Positions 17,896 through 25,719 of a stretch of 64,000 bases of DNA are shown in pieces (position 1 is the first letter of the stretch; each line of letters starts with the position of its first letter). Both the position numbers and the translations under genes were made by a program. Source of the stretch: Clostridia bacterium (GTDB lineage Bacteria > Bacillota > Clostridia > Peptostreptococcales > JAAYPU01); assembly GCA_016278615.1 (NCBI GenBank), contig JADQBM010000067.1, positions 7,143 through 71,142 on the forward strand, read 5' to 3'. The notes beneath the pieces are model-generated. The model was given only the letters and a program-made list of their open reading frames with translations, made no database searches and was not told the DNA's origin.

Positions 17896-19383
17896 CTACC
17901 TTAATGGATGCCATCCTATTGGGTCCCCTGTTCGTGCATCGAAGAAAAACAAATATTTGTCTGTTTTGAAAATCCATGAAGGAATCAGCTGTATCTCCTC
18001 GTCCTTTTGATTTTCTTCAGGTAAAAAGTAGCCCACGTCTACCATTCTGATAAAACCAACAATCTCATTAAAAATCTCATCATTGATTTTCTCCCCAAAG
18101 TCATAACCGTCTTGAACATATGCTTCTTTGATATAAGGATAACTGTTGGTTAATATATTCATCGTTGAAGCCATGTTGCTTTCTAACTCTTGTTCACTGT
18201 TTGTCATATACTGATGGGTGTCTTTTTGGTTTAAGATATACCGGCTATAATAGGTAACTTGATTGCCTAAAACTTCTACCACCAATGCTTTACTATTCCC
18301 TTGGTAACTAACAGGATAACCATTTATACGATAGCCAAAAGTAAATCTAAAACCTCTCTTATTATTCTTTTCAATGGAAAGAGATTCTTTTAAGTACGGA
18401 TAAATATTTGTACCCTTTAATGTCTTCCAATTCCCATGGTTGGTTACAAAATCAATCGCTACAGAAAATGAATTTAAATAACTCACCGTACCATAATGGA
18501 CATTATCTACTTCTTCTCTGTATTCTAAAAATCCTTTAGTGTCAACTACAAGCATTTTCTTTCCATATCCATACATATATACAACTGTCCCATTTGTCTC
18601 TACAATTTTTCTTACAAAATCAAAGCTCTCACCAAAAAAGGTTGCAGCTAAAGCATTTATTTTTTCATCTTCGAAATATTGAATTTCTTGTTCTCCGGTA
18701 ATTTCTTGAATACTGTTTTTTAGTGAATGGGGCATGAGATTATTATTCTCAACACCAAAAAACGTATTGATGGGATAGTACTTATCAAAAAAATCTCTGT
18801 TTTCTATCTCAGATAGCGGCTCAAGTATATTTTCATAGATCTTTTCAGATACAATTCGATAATATTTATTGTTTTTACCATCATATATAAAAAAGCTTTC
18901 CGGACTTGCCCTGGAATAGGCAATAGCTGTAAATACTTCAATAATCTCATCAGTCTGCGTCTTATTTGCTCCTATGGTTTCTCTCAAAGAACCGTAAGGA
19001 ATACCGGAACCAAAATCAAACTTAACAGATTCATAATCAAGTATTTGATTCCATTGTAATAATGAAATATCTTCGATGTAAAGTTCGTATTGAGTAGAGT
19101 CGCAATATGCAGTGACTAATTGATCCCAAATATCATCAAATCCCGTATACAATACGGTATACTTGCTTCCGCCAAAGTTAATACGCAGTCGAAATGGTTC
19201 TAAAAATTTCTCAATATCCATTATTTGGCTATTCGTATCTTCAATGCTTGCAGCATTAAATTGAAAAGACTCCTCTTTAGAAGTACTATCTTCCCATAAA
19301 AAATACAATAGTAGTATCGTGATACTAAACAATACTACTATGGATAGTGTTTTTATTTTTTCTTTTCTAAAAGAAATCATCAC
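17896..19383 (-). CDS. yycH: YycH-like two-component-system regulatory protein
   Basis: 495-aa ORF with a single N-terminal TM (IKTLSIVVLFSITILLLYFLW) and a large extracellular domain. The size and the position upstream of yycI fit YycH. Confidence 0.55.
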   Translation of the reverse strand: MMISFRKEKIKTLSIVVLFSITILLLYFLWEDSTSKEESFQFNAASIEDTNSQIMDIEKFLEPFRLRINFGGSKYTVLYTGFDDIWDQLVTAYCDSTQYELYIEDISLLQWNQILDYESVKFDFGSGIPYGSLRETIGANKTQTDEIIEVFTAIAYSRASPESFFIYDGKNNKYYRIVSEKIYENILEPLSEIENRDFFDKYYPINTFFGVENNNLMPHSLKNSIQEITGEQEIQYFEDEKINALAATFFGESFDFVRKIVETNGTVVYMYGYGKKMLVVDTKGFLEYREEVDNVHYGTVSYLNSFSVAIDFVTNHGNWKTLKGTNIYPYLKESLSIEKNNKRGFRFTFGYRINGYPVSYQGNSKALVVEVLGNQVTYYSRYILNQKDTHQYMTNSEQELESNMASTMNILTNSYPYIKEAYVQDGYDFGEKINDEIFNEIVGFIRMVDVGYFLPEENQKDEEIQLIPSWIFKTDKYLFFFDARTGDPIGWHPLR

Positions 19384-19395
19384 ATTTTCCGCCTC

Positions 19396-19977
19396 TTAGT
19401 TACCGAATATGCTTTTTATAAAACTCTCCAAAACTTCTACTCTGTTAGAGGGTCTGTCGGTAAATATATTGGGTTGTGCCAGCTCTTTTGGTCTTTCACT
19501 TGTCTTTTTTATCTCAAAGCCTCTTAAAATACTAATTTTCGAGGCATCTTCACTTACTTCTTCAATTAAGATTTGATATTTCCCAGGGAGTAAGTTCTCC
19601 AGTTCAATGGTATAAAAACTAAATGCACCAGTTGTTTTTACTTCTACTGGCCCATAAAATATCTCTTTGTTCAACAAATCATTTTCCTCTGTACTATCAG
19701 TAACCGTAATGGCTCCAGTGGAAATAATCGGTTGAACTCTTATATCGTCAACGCCTTCATTTGTATCATTTGCATATAAAGTAACCTGAAATGTTTTTTC
19801 ATTTCTTATTTTAACAGATATCAACAAATAATTTGAATATATAATATCATCTGAAGGGCTGATAATCTCAATCTCAGGCACTTCCTTCTGGTTTTGTATG
19901 TCATCATTTGCATAGCTTGCAATAGTTGTGGTCATTACAATGCACAGTATTAGTATATATGTAATAAATCTTTTCAT
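19396..19977 (-). CDS. Secreted protein of unknown function heading the yycH operon
   Basis: GGAGGA lies 5 nt before MKRFITYILILCIVMTTTIASYA (signal peptide). About 193 aa and beta-rich. There is a 12-nt gap to yycH. Confidence 0.6.
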   Translation of the reverse strand: MKRFITYILILCIVMTTTIASYANDDIQNQKEVPEIEIISPSDDIIYSNYLLISVKIRNEKTFQVTLYANDTNEGVDDIRVQPIISTGAITVTDSTEENDLLNKEIFYGPVEVKTTGAFSFYTIELENLLPGKYQILIEEVSEDASKISILRGFEIKKTSERPKELAQPNIFTDRPSNRVEVLESFIKSIFGN

Positions 19978-20214
19978 AGTATCCTCCATTGAACATGGGT
20001 ATTACCTTAATTGAATTATATACCTCAAATATTACAGATTAGTTACAGATGTTTTAAGTTATATTTACATAAAAGAAATTTTTCATTAATTTCCTTGATT
20101 TTTAACCCTTTCGCCCTCTATATACACTACTTTTAATTGATTTTTGTCACACTTTCACTTCTTTCCCATAATATATATAAAACAAATATTATATGCTCAA
20201 ATGGAGGGATAGTT

Positions 20215-20430
20215 ATGAGTATGGAAAAACAAGGATTGCTCGGCGGATTTGGTGGTGAGGATGGCGCCTCATTATTATTCTTTTTCTTGTTGCTTATTGT
20301 CCTTTTCTCTAATTGTAATTTATTCGATGGAATTGGAGGAATTGGGAATAGCCTTTTAGATGGTGACTCCAGTCTATTATTTTTCTTCTTATTATTGGTG
20401 GTTCTTTTCTTCAGTTGCGATTCCATTTAA
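20215..20430 (+). CDS. 71-aa tandem-repeat hydrophobic peptide (Gly-rich, then LLFFFLLLxVLF, twice)
   Basis: GGAGGG RBS lies 6 nt upstream of ATG 20215. The sequence is MSMEKQGLLGGFGGEDGASLLFFFLLLIVLFSNC NLFDGIGGIGNSLLDGDSSLLFFFLLLVVLFFSC DSI. It is followed by the GGGGATTC/GAATCCCC hairpin (20476-20508). Confidence 0.5.
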   Translation: MSMEKQGLLGGFGGEDGASLLFFFLLLIVLFSNCNLFDGIGGIGNSLLDGDSSLLFFFLLLVVLFFSCDSI

Positions 20431-20636
20431 AGAAAAGATTACAGAAGTGAAAACGAACATAGGTAGTACAGTGAGGGGGATTCGGTATCCTGGTTCTTCT
20501 GAATCCCCTTAAAATACAACACAATTTGTTTCATTTTGAAGAAAAGATATGGTTGCTTTTCTTTTTTTTACTTTTTTTTCTCTTTTAATTTGTTATAATC
20601 AACTAAAAGAAACTGAGTAAAATTGAAGGTGATAAA

Positions 20637-21197
20637 ATGAGTATTATAAAAATACATACAGATGGTGCTTGCTCTGGCAATCAAAATGCAAACAACGTAG
20701 GGGGATGGGGTGCTGTTTTGGAGTACGGTCATCATATTAAAGAGATTTATGGTGGCGAGGTTAATACGACAAATAACAGGATGGAAATGAAAGCATTGCT
20801 TAAAGCCTTGGAATGTTTAAAAAAGACCAACCTGGATATATATGTTTTTTCTGACAGCTCTTATTTAATGAATTGTTTTAGAGAAAAATGGTATGAAAAA
20901 TGGTTAATAAATAATTGGACAACCTCTGGGAAAACACCTGTAGAAAACCGAGATCTATGGGAACAATTAATTTCTCATATTCATAAACATAACATAAGTT
21001 TTTTCAGAATAAAAGGTCACCTAAATTTAAACCATCCCAATACAGATTCAAACAAATGGTACGAAAAGTTTAAGGAATGGAATGGAAATCATTTCAGTCA
21101 TTCGGAATTTCTTGAAACCGTTAAAATGAACCATCGCGCAGATGATTTGGCAAACATGGGTATTCTTGAAAATAAAGGAAATAAGTCCTCCCAGTAA
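20637..21197 (+). CDS. rnhA: Ribonuclease HI
   Basis: 186-aa ORF. The DEDD catalytic context is IHTDGACSGN, TNNRMEMKAL, VFSDSSY and HRADDLAN. There is a C-terminal extension. Confidence 0.85.
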   Translation: MSIIKIHTDGACSGNQNANNVGGWGAVLEYGHHIKEIYGGEVNTTNNRMEMKALLKALECLKKTNLDIYVFSDSSYLMNCFREKWYEKWLINNWTTSGKTPVENRDLWEQLISHIHKHNISFFRIKGHLNLNHPNTDSNKWYEKFKEWNGNHFSHSEFLETVKMNHRADDLANMGILENKGNKSSQ

Positions 21198-21259
21198 CGG
21201 CCTTATCCCTTATTTATAATTAACGATTTATTTCTATTCAAACAAGTAAATGGAATGAA

Positions 21260-22351
21260 TCACCGTATAAAGTTCTCTTCTTTTAAAACTTCTATTTTAT
21301 CATTGCTACCTATGACAACGAGACCATTTATTAATAAATCTGCCCACATAATATCCTTTGGCAACTTTGTTTCTTTTATTGCAGATTGATTCACTAAGAA
21401 AAGAGATCTGTTTCCATATAAGATGGTTCTTTTTTCATTGGATTTTATCCCCATAATATTGCCATCTACAGAAGTGTTTAACAAAACATCTTTTTCATTT
21501 CCTAACAATATCACATTAGTGGTCCCAATTTTTGAAGTGCAAATAATGAGGCCATCCATAAAAGTACTATAGGCTACTCTATCAGCAACCATAGGTTCTT
21601 CCCAAACAATTTCTTTATTTTGATTTAGTTTTAGAATTCTTTTATTTCCAACACAAATGAGCTCACCATTATCCATAAGAAATACCTGAGGAAAAATTTC
21701 ATTTTCAAAAGTCTTGCCACCTTGTATTTCACCTTGTACGTCTACGAATAAAATATTTGCTTTAATAGATTCCCCATAGGTAATTACCGATATAGCAACC
21801 TTTTCTCCCGTTGGACCTATTGAAAAATCAATAATCTTTCCGTCCTTTAGACCATTAATTCTGCCTGTTTCTTTGCCTGATCCATTAAAAAAAATCAAAT
21901 GCTCTGTCCCAGTTTTTTCTCTGGTATGAAATCCTATTAATTGCTTTTTACGATCTTCCTTTATGCTTAATATTTCTTGATTGAAATTGATTTCCTCTAA
22001 AATAATAGCTGACTGGTCAAATATATATACCTTTCCCATTTTTCTATCCGTTACATATATCACATTGCCAACATTATTTATTGAAACTTCTGATAAAGTC
22101 TCTGAGAAAGAATATTTATGGGTTTCATTTTCTGTATAAATGACCAATTCTTTTTTTTCAAAAGTGACAATGGTATTATTAAATACGTCATATTGGTACC
22201 CAGGAGTATTCAAACTTATAGTTTGTTGAACCTCATATACATAATCTCTATTTATTACAAATATATAAAGGAATATTGCTATTAATACAAAAATCAAGAC
22301 AAATAAAAGTGCTATTCTCCTATTTTTTCTATTCTTTCTTTTTCTTTTCAT
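21260..22351 (-). CDS. Membrane-anchored repeat (beta-propeller-like) protein, unknown function
   Basis: The ORF track extends to 22405, but GAGG precedes the internal MKRKRKNRKNRR, so the start is at 22351. This also removes the overlap with the upstream gene. A basic N-terminus, one TM, then repetitive beta-strand-rich sequence. Confidence 0.55.
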   Translation of the reverse strand: MKRKRKNRKNRRIALLFVLIFVLIAIFLYIFVINRDYVYEVQQTISLNTPGYQYDVFNNTIVTFEKKELVIYTENETHKYSFSETLSEVSINNVGNVIYVTDRKMGKVYIFDQSAIILEEINFNQEILSIKEDRKKQLIGFHTREKTGTEHLIFFNGSGKETGRINGLKDGKIIDFSIGPTGEKVAISVITYGESIKANILFVDVQGEIQGGKTFENEIFPQVFLMDNGELICVGNKRILKLNQNKEIVWEEPMVADRVAYSTFMDGLIICTSKIGTTNVILLGNEKDVLLNTSVDGNIMGIKSNEKRTILYGNRSLFLVNQSAIKETKLPKDIMWADLLINGLVVIGSNDKIEVLKEENFIR

Positions 22352-22370
22352 TGAAAACCTCAGCCTTCTG

Positions 22371-23492
22371 TCAAATGATTTCAAATATAACCAATGCAAT
22401 ATCATCTTTTATATTTCCTGCTGCAAAAGCCTTAACCTCTCGGTAGATTCTTGAAATAATATTTTCACCAGGTTGATTAACCGATGCGCTTAGAAGTTTA
22501 TAAACACGCTCATATCCAAAAAACTCATTTGACACATTGTCATAGGCTTCAATAATACCATCCGTGTATAAAAAGACTCTATCTCCCTTATTTAATTTAA
22601 CATCAATACTTTTATGAGAAAACTGATCTATCAAAGAACAGATTGGAAAACCATTTACATCCACTTCTTCAATCTCGTTATTTTGTCGAATAATTATAGG
22701 ATAGCAATTATGACCCGCATTCACAAAAGTGATTTTTTGTGTGCTCTTGCAATATATGCCATATAATACAGTAAAATACGTTTCTACATCAACATTCAAT
22801 TCTTTATAATTGCTTATTAAGTCGTTTATCGTTTCTTCTATACTGAGTTTTCTATTTTTCCTATTTCTCATGACCTGTCTAAGAAACATAGTAAACATGG
22901 ATGACGTTACCCCATGTCCTGAAACATCTGCAATATAAATGCCCACATGATCTTCATCTATTTCCATTATATCAAAAATGTCTCCTCCTAAAAATTCACT
23001 GGGTTCATATTTTGATTTGACATCTATACTTTTTCCATATATCCCATTTTGGGGAATAATTTTGTTTTGAATGTGTTTAGCAAAATTAAGATCCGCTTTC
23101 ATTTTTGAATATTGCTCATATATTTTCTTTTCCATTTCCTTTTGTTCAGTAATATCTCTAAATACCTCAACTGAATACACTTGCTTTGTATTTTCATTGA
23201 AAACAGGTGAACTCACAACAGAGTATGTGTTTGATTCAAAACTTTCTTCTTTATTATAAGGCTTTAGAAACTCCATGCTTTTTCTAGAGATACAATCTAT
23301 ACATTTTTGGGTTTTATTAATGGCCTCGTAGCACTTCTTTCCTACTAAATCCCCAAAATGTTCCCGCATTATTTTATTCATGAACATGACTTCGCCCTTT
23401 TTGTCAATCACACGAACCATATCCTGCATATTCTCCAAAACATGTGTCATAAAATGACATGCGCTGATTTCATCACTTTTGTATGGTTCCAT
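22371..23492 (-). CDS. PAS-domain PP2C (SpoIIE/RsbU/RsbP-type) serine phosphatase
   Basis: AGGAGA lies 7 nt before the internal MEPYKSDEI, so the start is at 23492. The N-terminal half is PAS-like (VRVIDKKGEVMFMN...VEVFRDITEQKEME). PP2C motifs GGDIFD, ADVSGHG and LYTDGIIEA are present. Confidence 0.8.
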   Translation of the reverse strand: MEPYKSDEISACHFMTHVLENMQDMVRVIDKKGEVMFMNKIMREHFGDLVGKKCYEAINKTQKCIDCISRKSMEFLKPYNKEESFESNTYSVVSSPVFNENTKQVYSVEVFRDITEQKEMEKKIYEQYSKMKADLNFAKHIQNKIIPQNGIYGKSIDVKSKYEPSEFLGGDIFDIMEIDEDHVGIYIADVSGHGVTSSMFTMFLRQVMRNRKNRKLSIEETINDLISNYKELNVDVETYFTVLYGIYCKSTQKITFVNAGHNCYPIIIRQNNEIEEVDVNGFPICSLIDQFSHKSIDVKLNKGDRVFLYTDGIIEAYDNVSNEFFGYERVYKLLSASVNQPGENIISRIYREVKAFAAGNIKDDIALVIFEII

Positions 23493-23650
23493 AACTATTT
23501 CTCCTAACTTTTTATGTATAAAACAATTGCCTATCCCATTATATATTATGTCTGGGGAAAATTTCAACAAATTCTGCAGTATTGGCCTATTTTAAGCATC
23601 AATGAAGTTATATGTGTGAAGAAAAGAGTAAGGAATGCTCTCTATATAAA

Positions 23651-23666
23651 TGTTTCACGTGAAACA
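23651..23666. promoter_or_regulatory. parS: parS centromere-like site (perfect palindrome)
   Basis: TGTTTCACGTGAAACA matches the Firmicute parS consensus TGTTNCACGTGAAACA. It lies about 85 nt downstream of the spo0J/parB stop. Confidence 0.85.
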
Positions 23667-23748
23667 TTCTTTATCATTATATAATTGTATTTACTAAAAT
23701 GGCTTCAGATAGCATTAAGCTAACTGAAGCCAAAAGTGAAATTGTTCA

Positions 23749-24612
23749 CTATTCTTCCACAGATTTAATCATTTCAATTAGTCTTTCCAGCTCATCCTGG
23801 CTATAATATTCTATCTCTATCTTTCCTTTTTTACCACCATGATTAATGGTAACTTTTGTGCCTAGTATTCTCTTTAAATCATCCTCTATGCTGAATATTT
23901 CGGGGTCTTGTATCTTTCTTTTCTTTGGTCTTATTTTCGTTTGTTTTTTATTACTTGCTGCCATTTCTATTTGTCTTACAGATAGACCTTTTTCCACGAT
24001 TTCCGATGCCAAAACTCTCTGAACATCTTTATCTTCTATGTTAATAAGTGCTCTTGCATGTCCACTGGATATTTTGTTTTCTAAAATCATACCTTGAATG
24101 TCTTCTGAAAGTTTAAGTAGTCTAAGAGAGTTTGTAATATAAGGCCTGCTTTTCCCAACATTTTTTGAGACGTCTTCTTGCCTCATACCATAGGATTTAA
24201 TCATATACTCAAATGCTTTAGATTCTTCCAGGGGATTTAAATCCTCTCTTTGTAGGTTTTCGATTATGGAAACGAGCATGTGATGTTTCTCATCAATGTT
24301 TTTAATGATGCATGGCATCTCTTTCAAAGCTGCCTTTCTTGCAGCACGCCATCTTCTCTCTCCAGCAATGATTTCATATCCCACATCTGTAGATTTCACC
24401 AAAATAGGTTGAATGACGCCATGAATTTTTATAGAGTCTGACAATTCATCAATTTTGTCTGATTTAAATATTTTTCTTGGTTGATTCTGATTTGGAGAGA
24501 TTTTGTTAATATCAATATACATGATATCCGTATCATCATCCTTATTAATTTTAATATCCGTAAATAGGGCTTCAAGTCCTTTTCCTAAACCCCGACTTTT
24601 ATTGGCTGCCAT
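23749..24612 (-). CDS. spo0J: Chromosome partitioning protein ParB/Spo0J
   Basis: 287-aa ORF. ParB box GERRWRAA and the HTH QEDVSKNVGKSRPYITNSLRLLKL. Adjacent to soj. Confidence 0.93.
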   Translation of the reverse strand: MAANKSRGLGKGLEALFTDIKINKDDDTDIMYIDINKISPNQNQPRKIFKSDKIDELSDSIKIHGVIQPILVKSTDVGYEIIAGERRWRAARKAALKEMPCIIKNIDEKHHMLVSIIENLQREDLNPLEESKAFEYMIKSYGMRQEDVSKNVGKSRPYITNSLRLLKLSEDIQGMILENKISSGHARALINIEDKDVQRVLASEIVEKGLSVRQIEMAASNKKQTKIRPKKRKIQDPEIFSIEDDLKRILGTKVTINHGGKKGKIEIEYYSQDELERLIEMIKSVEE

Positions 24613-25388
24613 TACTTCTTCTCTCCTTCAAGTTCTAAAAATTCATCAGCAAAGTCAAGGTATGCCTCAGCTCCTTTTGACTTTGGATCATATTCTACAA
24701 TGGGAAGCCCGTAACTAGGGGCTTCTGCAAGTCTCACGTTTCGGGGTATAATGGTAGTATATACTTTTTCCTTAAAATATTTTTTGACTTCCTCAACAAC
24801 TTGTATGGATAAATTAGTTCTTCCATCAAACATACTAAGAATGACGCCTTGGATTTCAAGATTTGGATTTAAATTTCTTTTAACCAGATCAACTGTACTC
24901 ATTAATTGGCTAACGCCTTCCAATGCATAGAACTCGCATTGAATGGGTATCAAAACACTATCAACTGCTGTTAATGAATTAATAGTTAGTAGACCTAAAG
25001 AAGGCGGACAATCAATAAAAGTATAATCATAATCTTGCTTTATGGCTTCAATAACTTTTTTTAGCCTCTTCTCCCTTGCTTCCATTTCTACTAACTCTAT
25101 TTCTGCTCCAGCCAACTTAACACTTGACGGAATAATATCAAGGTTTTTAATACAAGTTGGCAAAACAGCTTCTTTTGGATGAAGTGTATCATTAATTAAA
25201 ATTTCATAAATAGACAAGTCCAGAGTTTTTTTATCAATACCGATCCCACTGGTTGTGTTCCCCTGAGGGTCAATATCTATAATAAGAACCTTTTTTCCTT
25301 TAGAAGCCAAGCACGCACCTAAATTAATGTTCGTGGTTGTTTTTCCAACGCCGCCCTTTTGGTTGAAAATTGCAATTGCTTTACCCAA
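24612..25388 (-). CDS. soj: Chromosome partitioning ATPase ParA/Soj
   Basis: 258-aa ORF. Deviant Walker A NQKGGVGKTTT. TTG start with GAGGTGA 6 nt upstream. The stop overlaps the spo0J start by 1 nt. Confidence 0.93.
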   Translation of the reverse strand: MGKAIAIFNQKGGVGKTTTNINLGACLASKGKKVLIIDIDPQGNTTSGIGIDKKTLDLSIYEILINDTLHPKEAVLPTCIKNLDIIPSSVKLAGAEIELVEMEAREKRLKKVIEAIKQDYDYTFIDCPPSLGLLTINSLTAVDSVLIPIQCEFYALEGVSQLMSTVDLVKRNLNPNLEIQGVILSMFDGRTNLSIQVVEEVKKYFKEKVYTTIIPRNVRLAEAPSYGLPIVEYDPKSKGAEAYLDFADEFLELEGEKK

Positions 25389-25473
25389 AATCCATCACCT
25401 CATTTTATCTATATTTGTAACTATAATTCTATTATAAATCATAATTGAAAATTTTGCTAACTCATTTAAAAAA

Positions 25474-25489
25474 AGTGGCTAGCGCCACT
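25474..25489 (-). terminator. Short intrinsic terminator-like hairpin at the 3' edge of the GC-rich island
   Basis: The minus strand reads AGTGGC-GCTA-GCCACT followed by T7 (the plus-strand A run at 25468-25474). Confidence 0.5.
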
Positions 25490-25641
25490 CCGCTAGGGAA
25501 CCCACCGGCTTCACCTCCGACTCGCTGCGCTCCCTGCTGTCCGTTTTACCTAGCCAAGCAAGCTTGGGGTAAAAAGGCTATGGTTCCCTTCGGCACTGCA
25601 CCCTCCTTAATCGGCAAAGGAGTATCCCCTCTGCACTCCCC
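25490..25641 (-). ncRNA. Candidate structured RNA (unclassified GC-rich island in the noc-soj spacer); strand tentative
   Basis: Hand count gives 88/150 G+C (about 59%), against about 25% in flanking spacer. Nested helices are GGGAACC(25496-25502)/GGTTCCC(25582-25588), TTTTACC(25544-25550)/GGTAAAA(25568-25574), CCAAG-CAAG-CTTGG (25554-25567) and CTCCTT(25603-25608)/AAGGAG(25617-25622). There is no plausible coding frame. Confidence 0.35.
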
Positions 25642-25686
25642 TTTTTTGTATAATAGAAAATCGATATTTCCTATTATACAAAAAAA
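25642..25686. repeat. 15-bp-arm AT-rich perfect palindrome
   Basis: TTTTTTGTATAATAG, a 14-nt loop containing ATCGAT, then CTATTATACAAAAAA. Each arm contains TGTATAAT (-10-like) reading outward on either strand. Confidence 0.7.
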
Positions 25687-25719
25687 TGTTTCATGTGAAA
25701 CACTAGTTTCACGTGAAAG
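25686..25719. promoter_or_regulatory. Two adjacent degenerate parS-like sites
   Basis: TGTTTCATGTGAAACA (25686-25701) has 1 mismatch to parS. AGTTTCACGTGAAAGA (25704-25719) keeps the core and has 2 outer mismatches. The second overlaps the noc stop codon region. Confidence 0.6.

Noticed and set aside
20133-20426. Minus-strand 97-aa ORF mirroring the small hydrophobic peptide gene
   Set aside because: It is a low-complexity Lys/Asn/Pro-rich translation of the complement of a Leu/Phe-rich repeat. It has no RBS, whereas the plus-strand frame has a GGAGGG RBS at the correct spacing.
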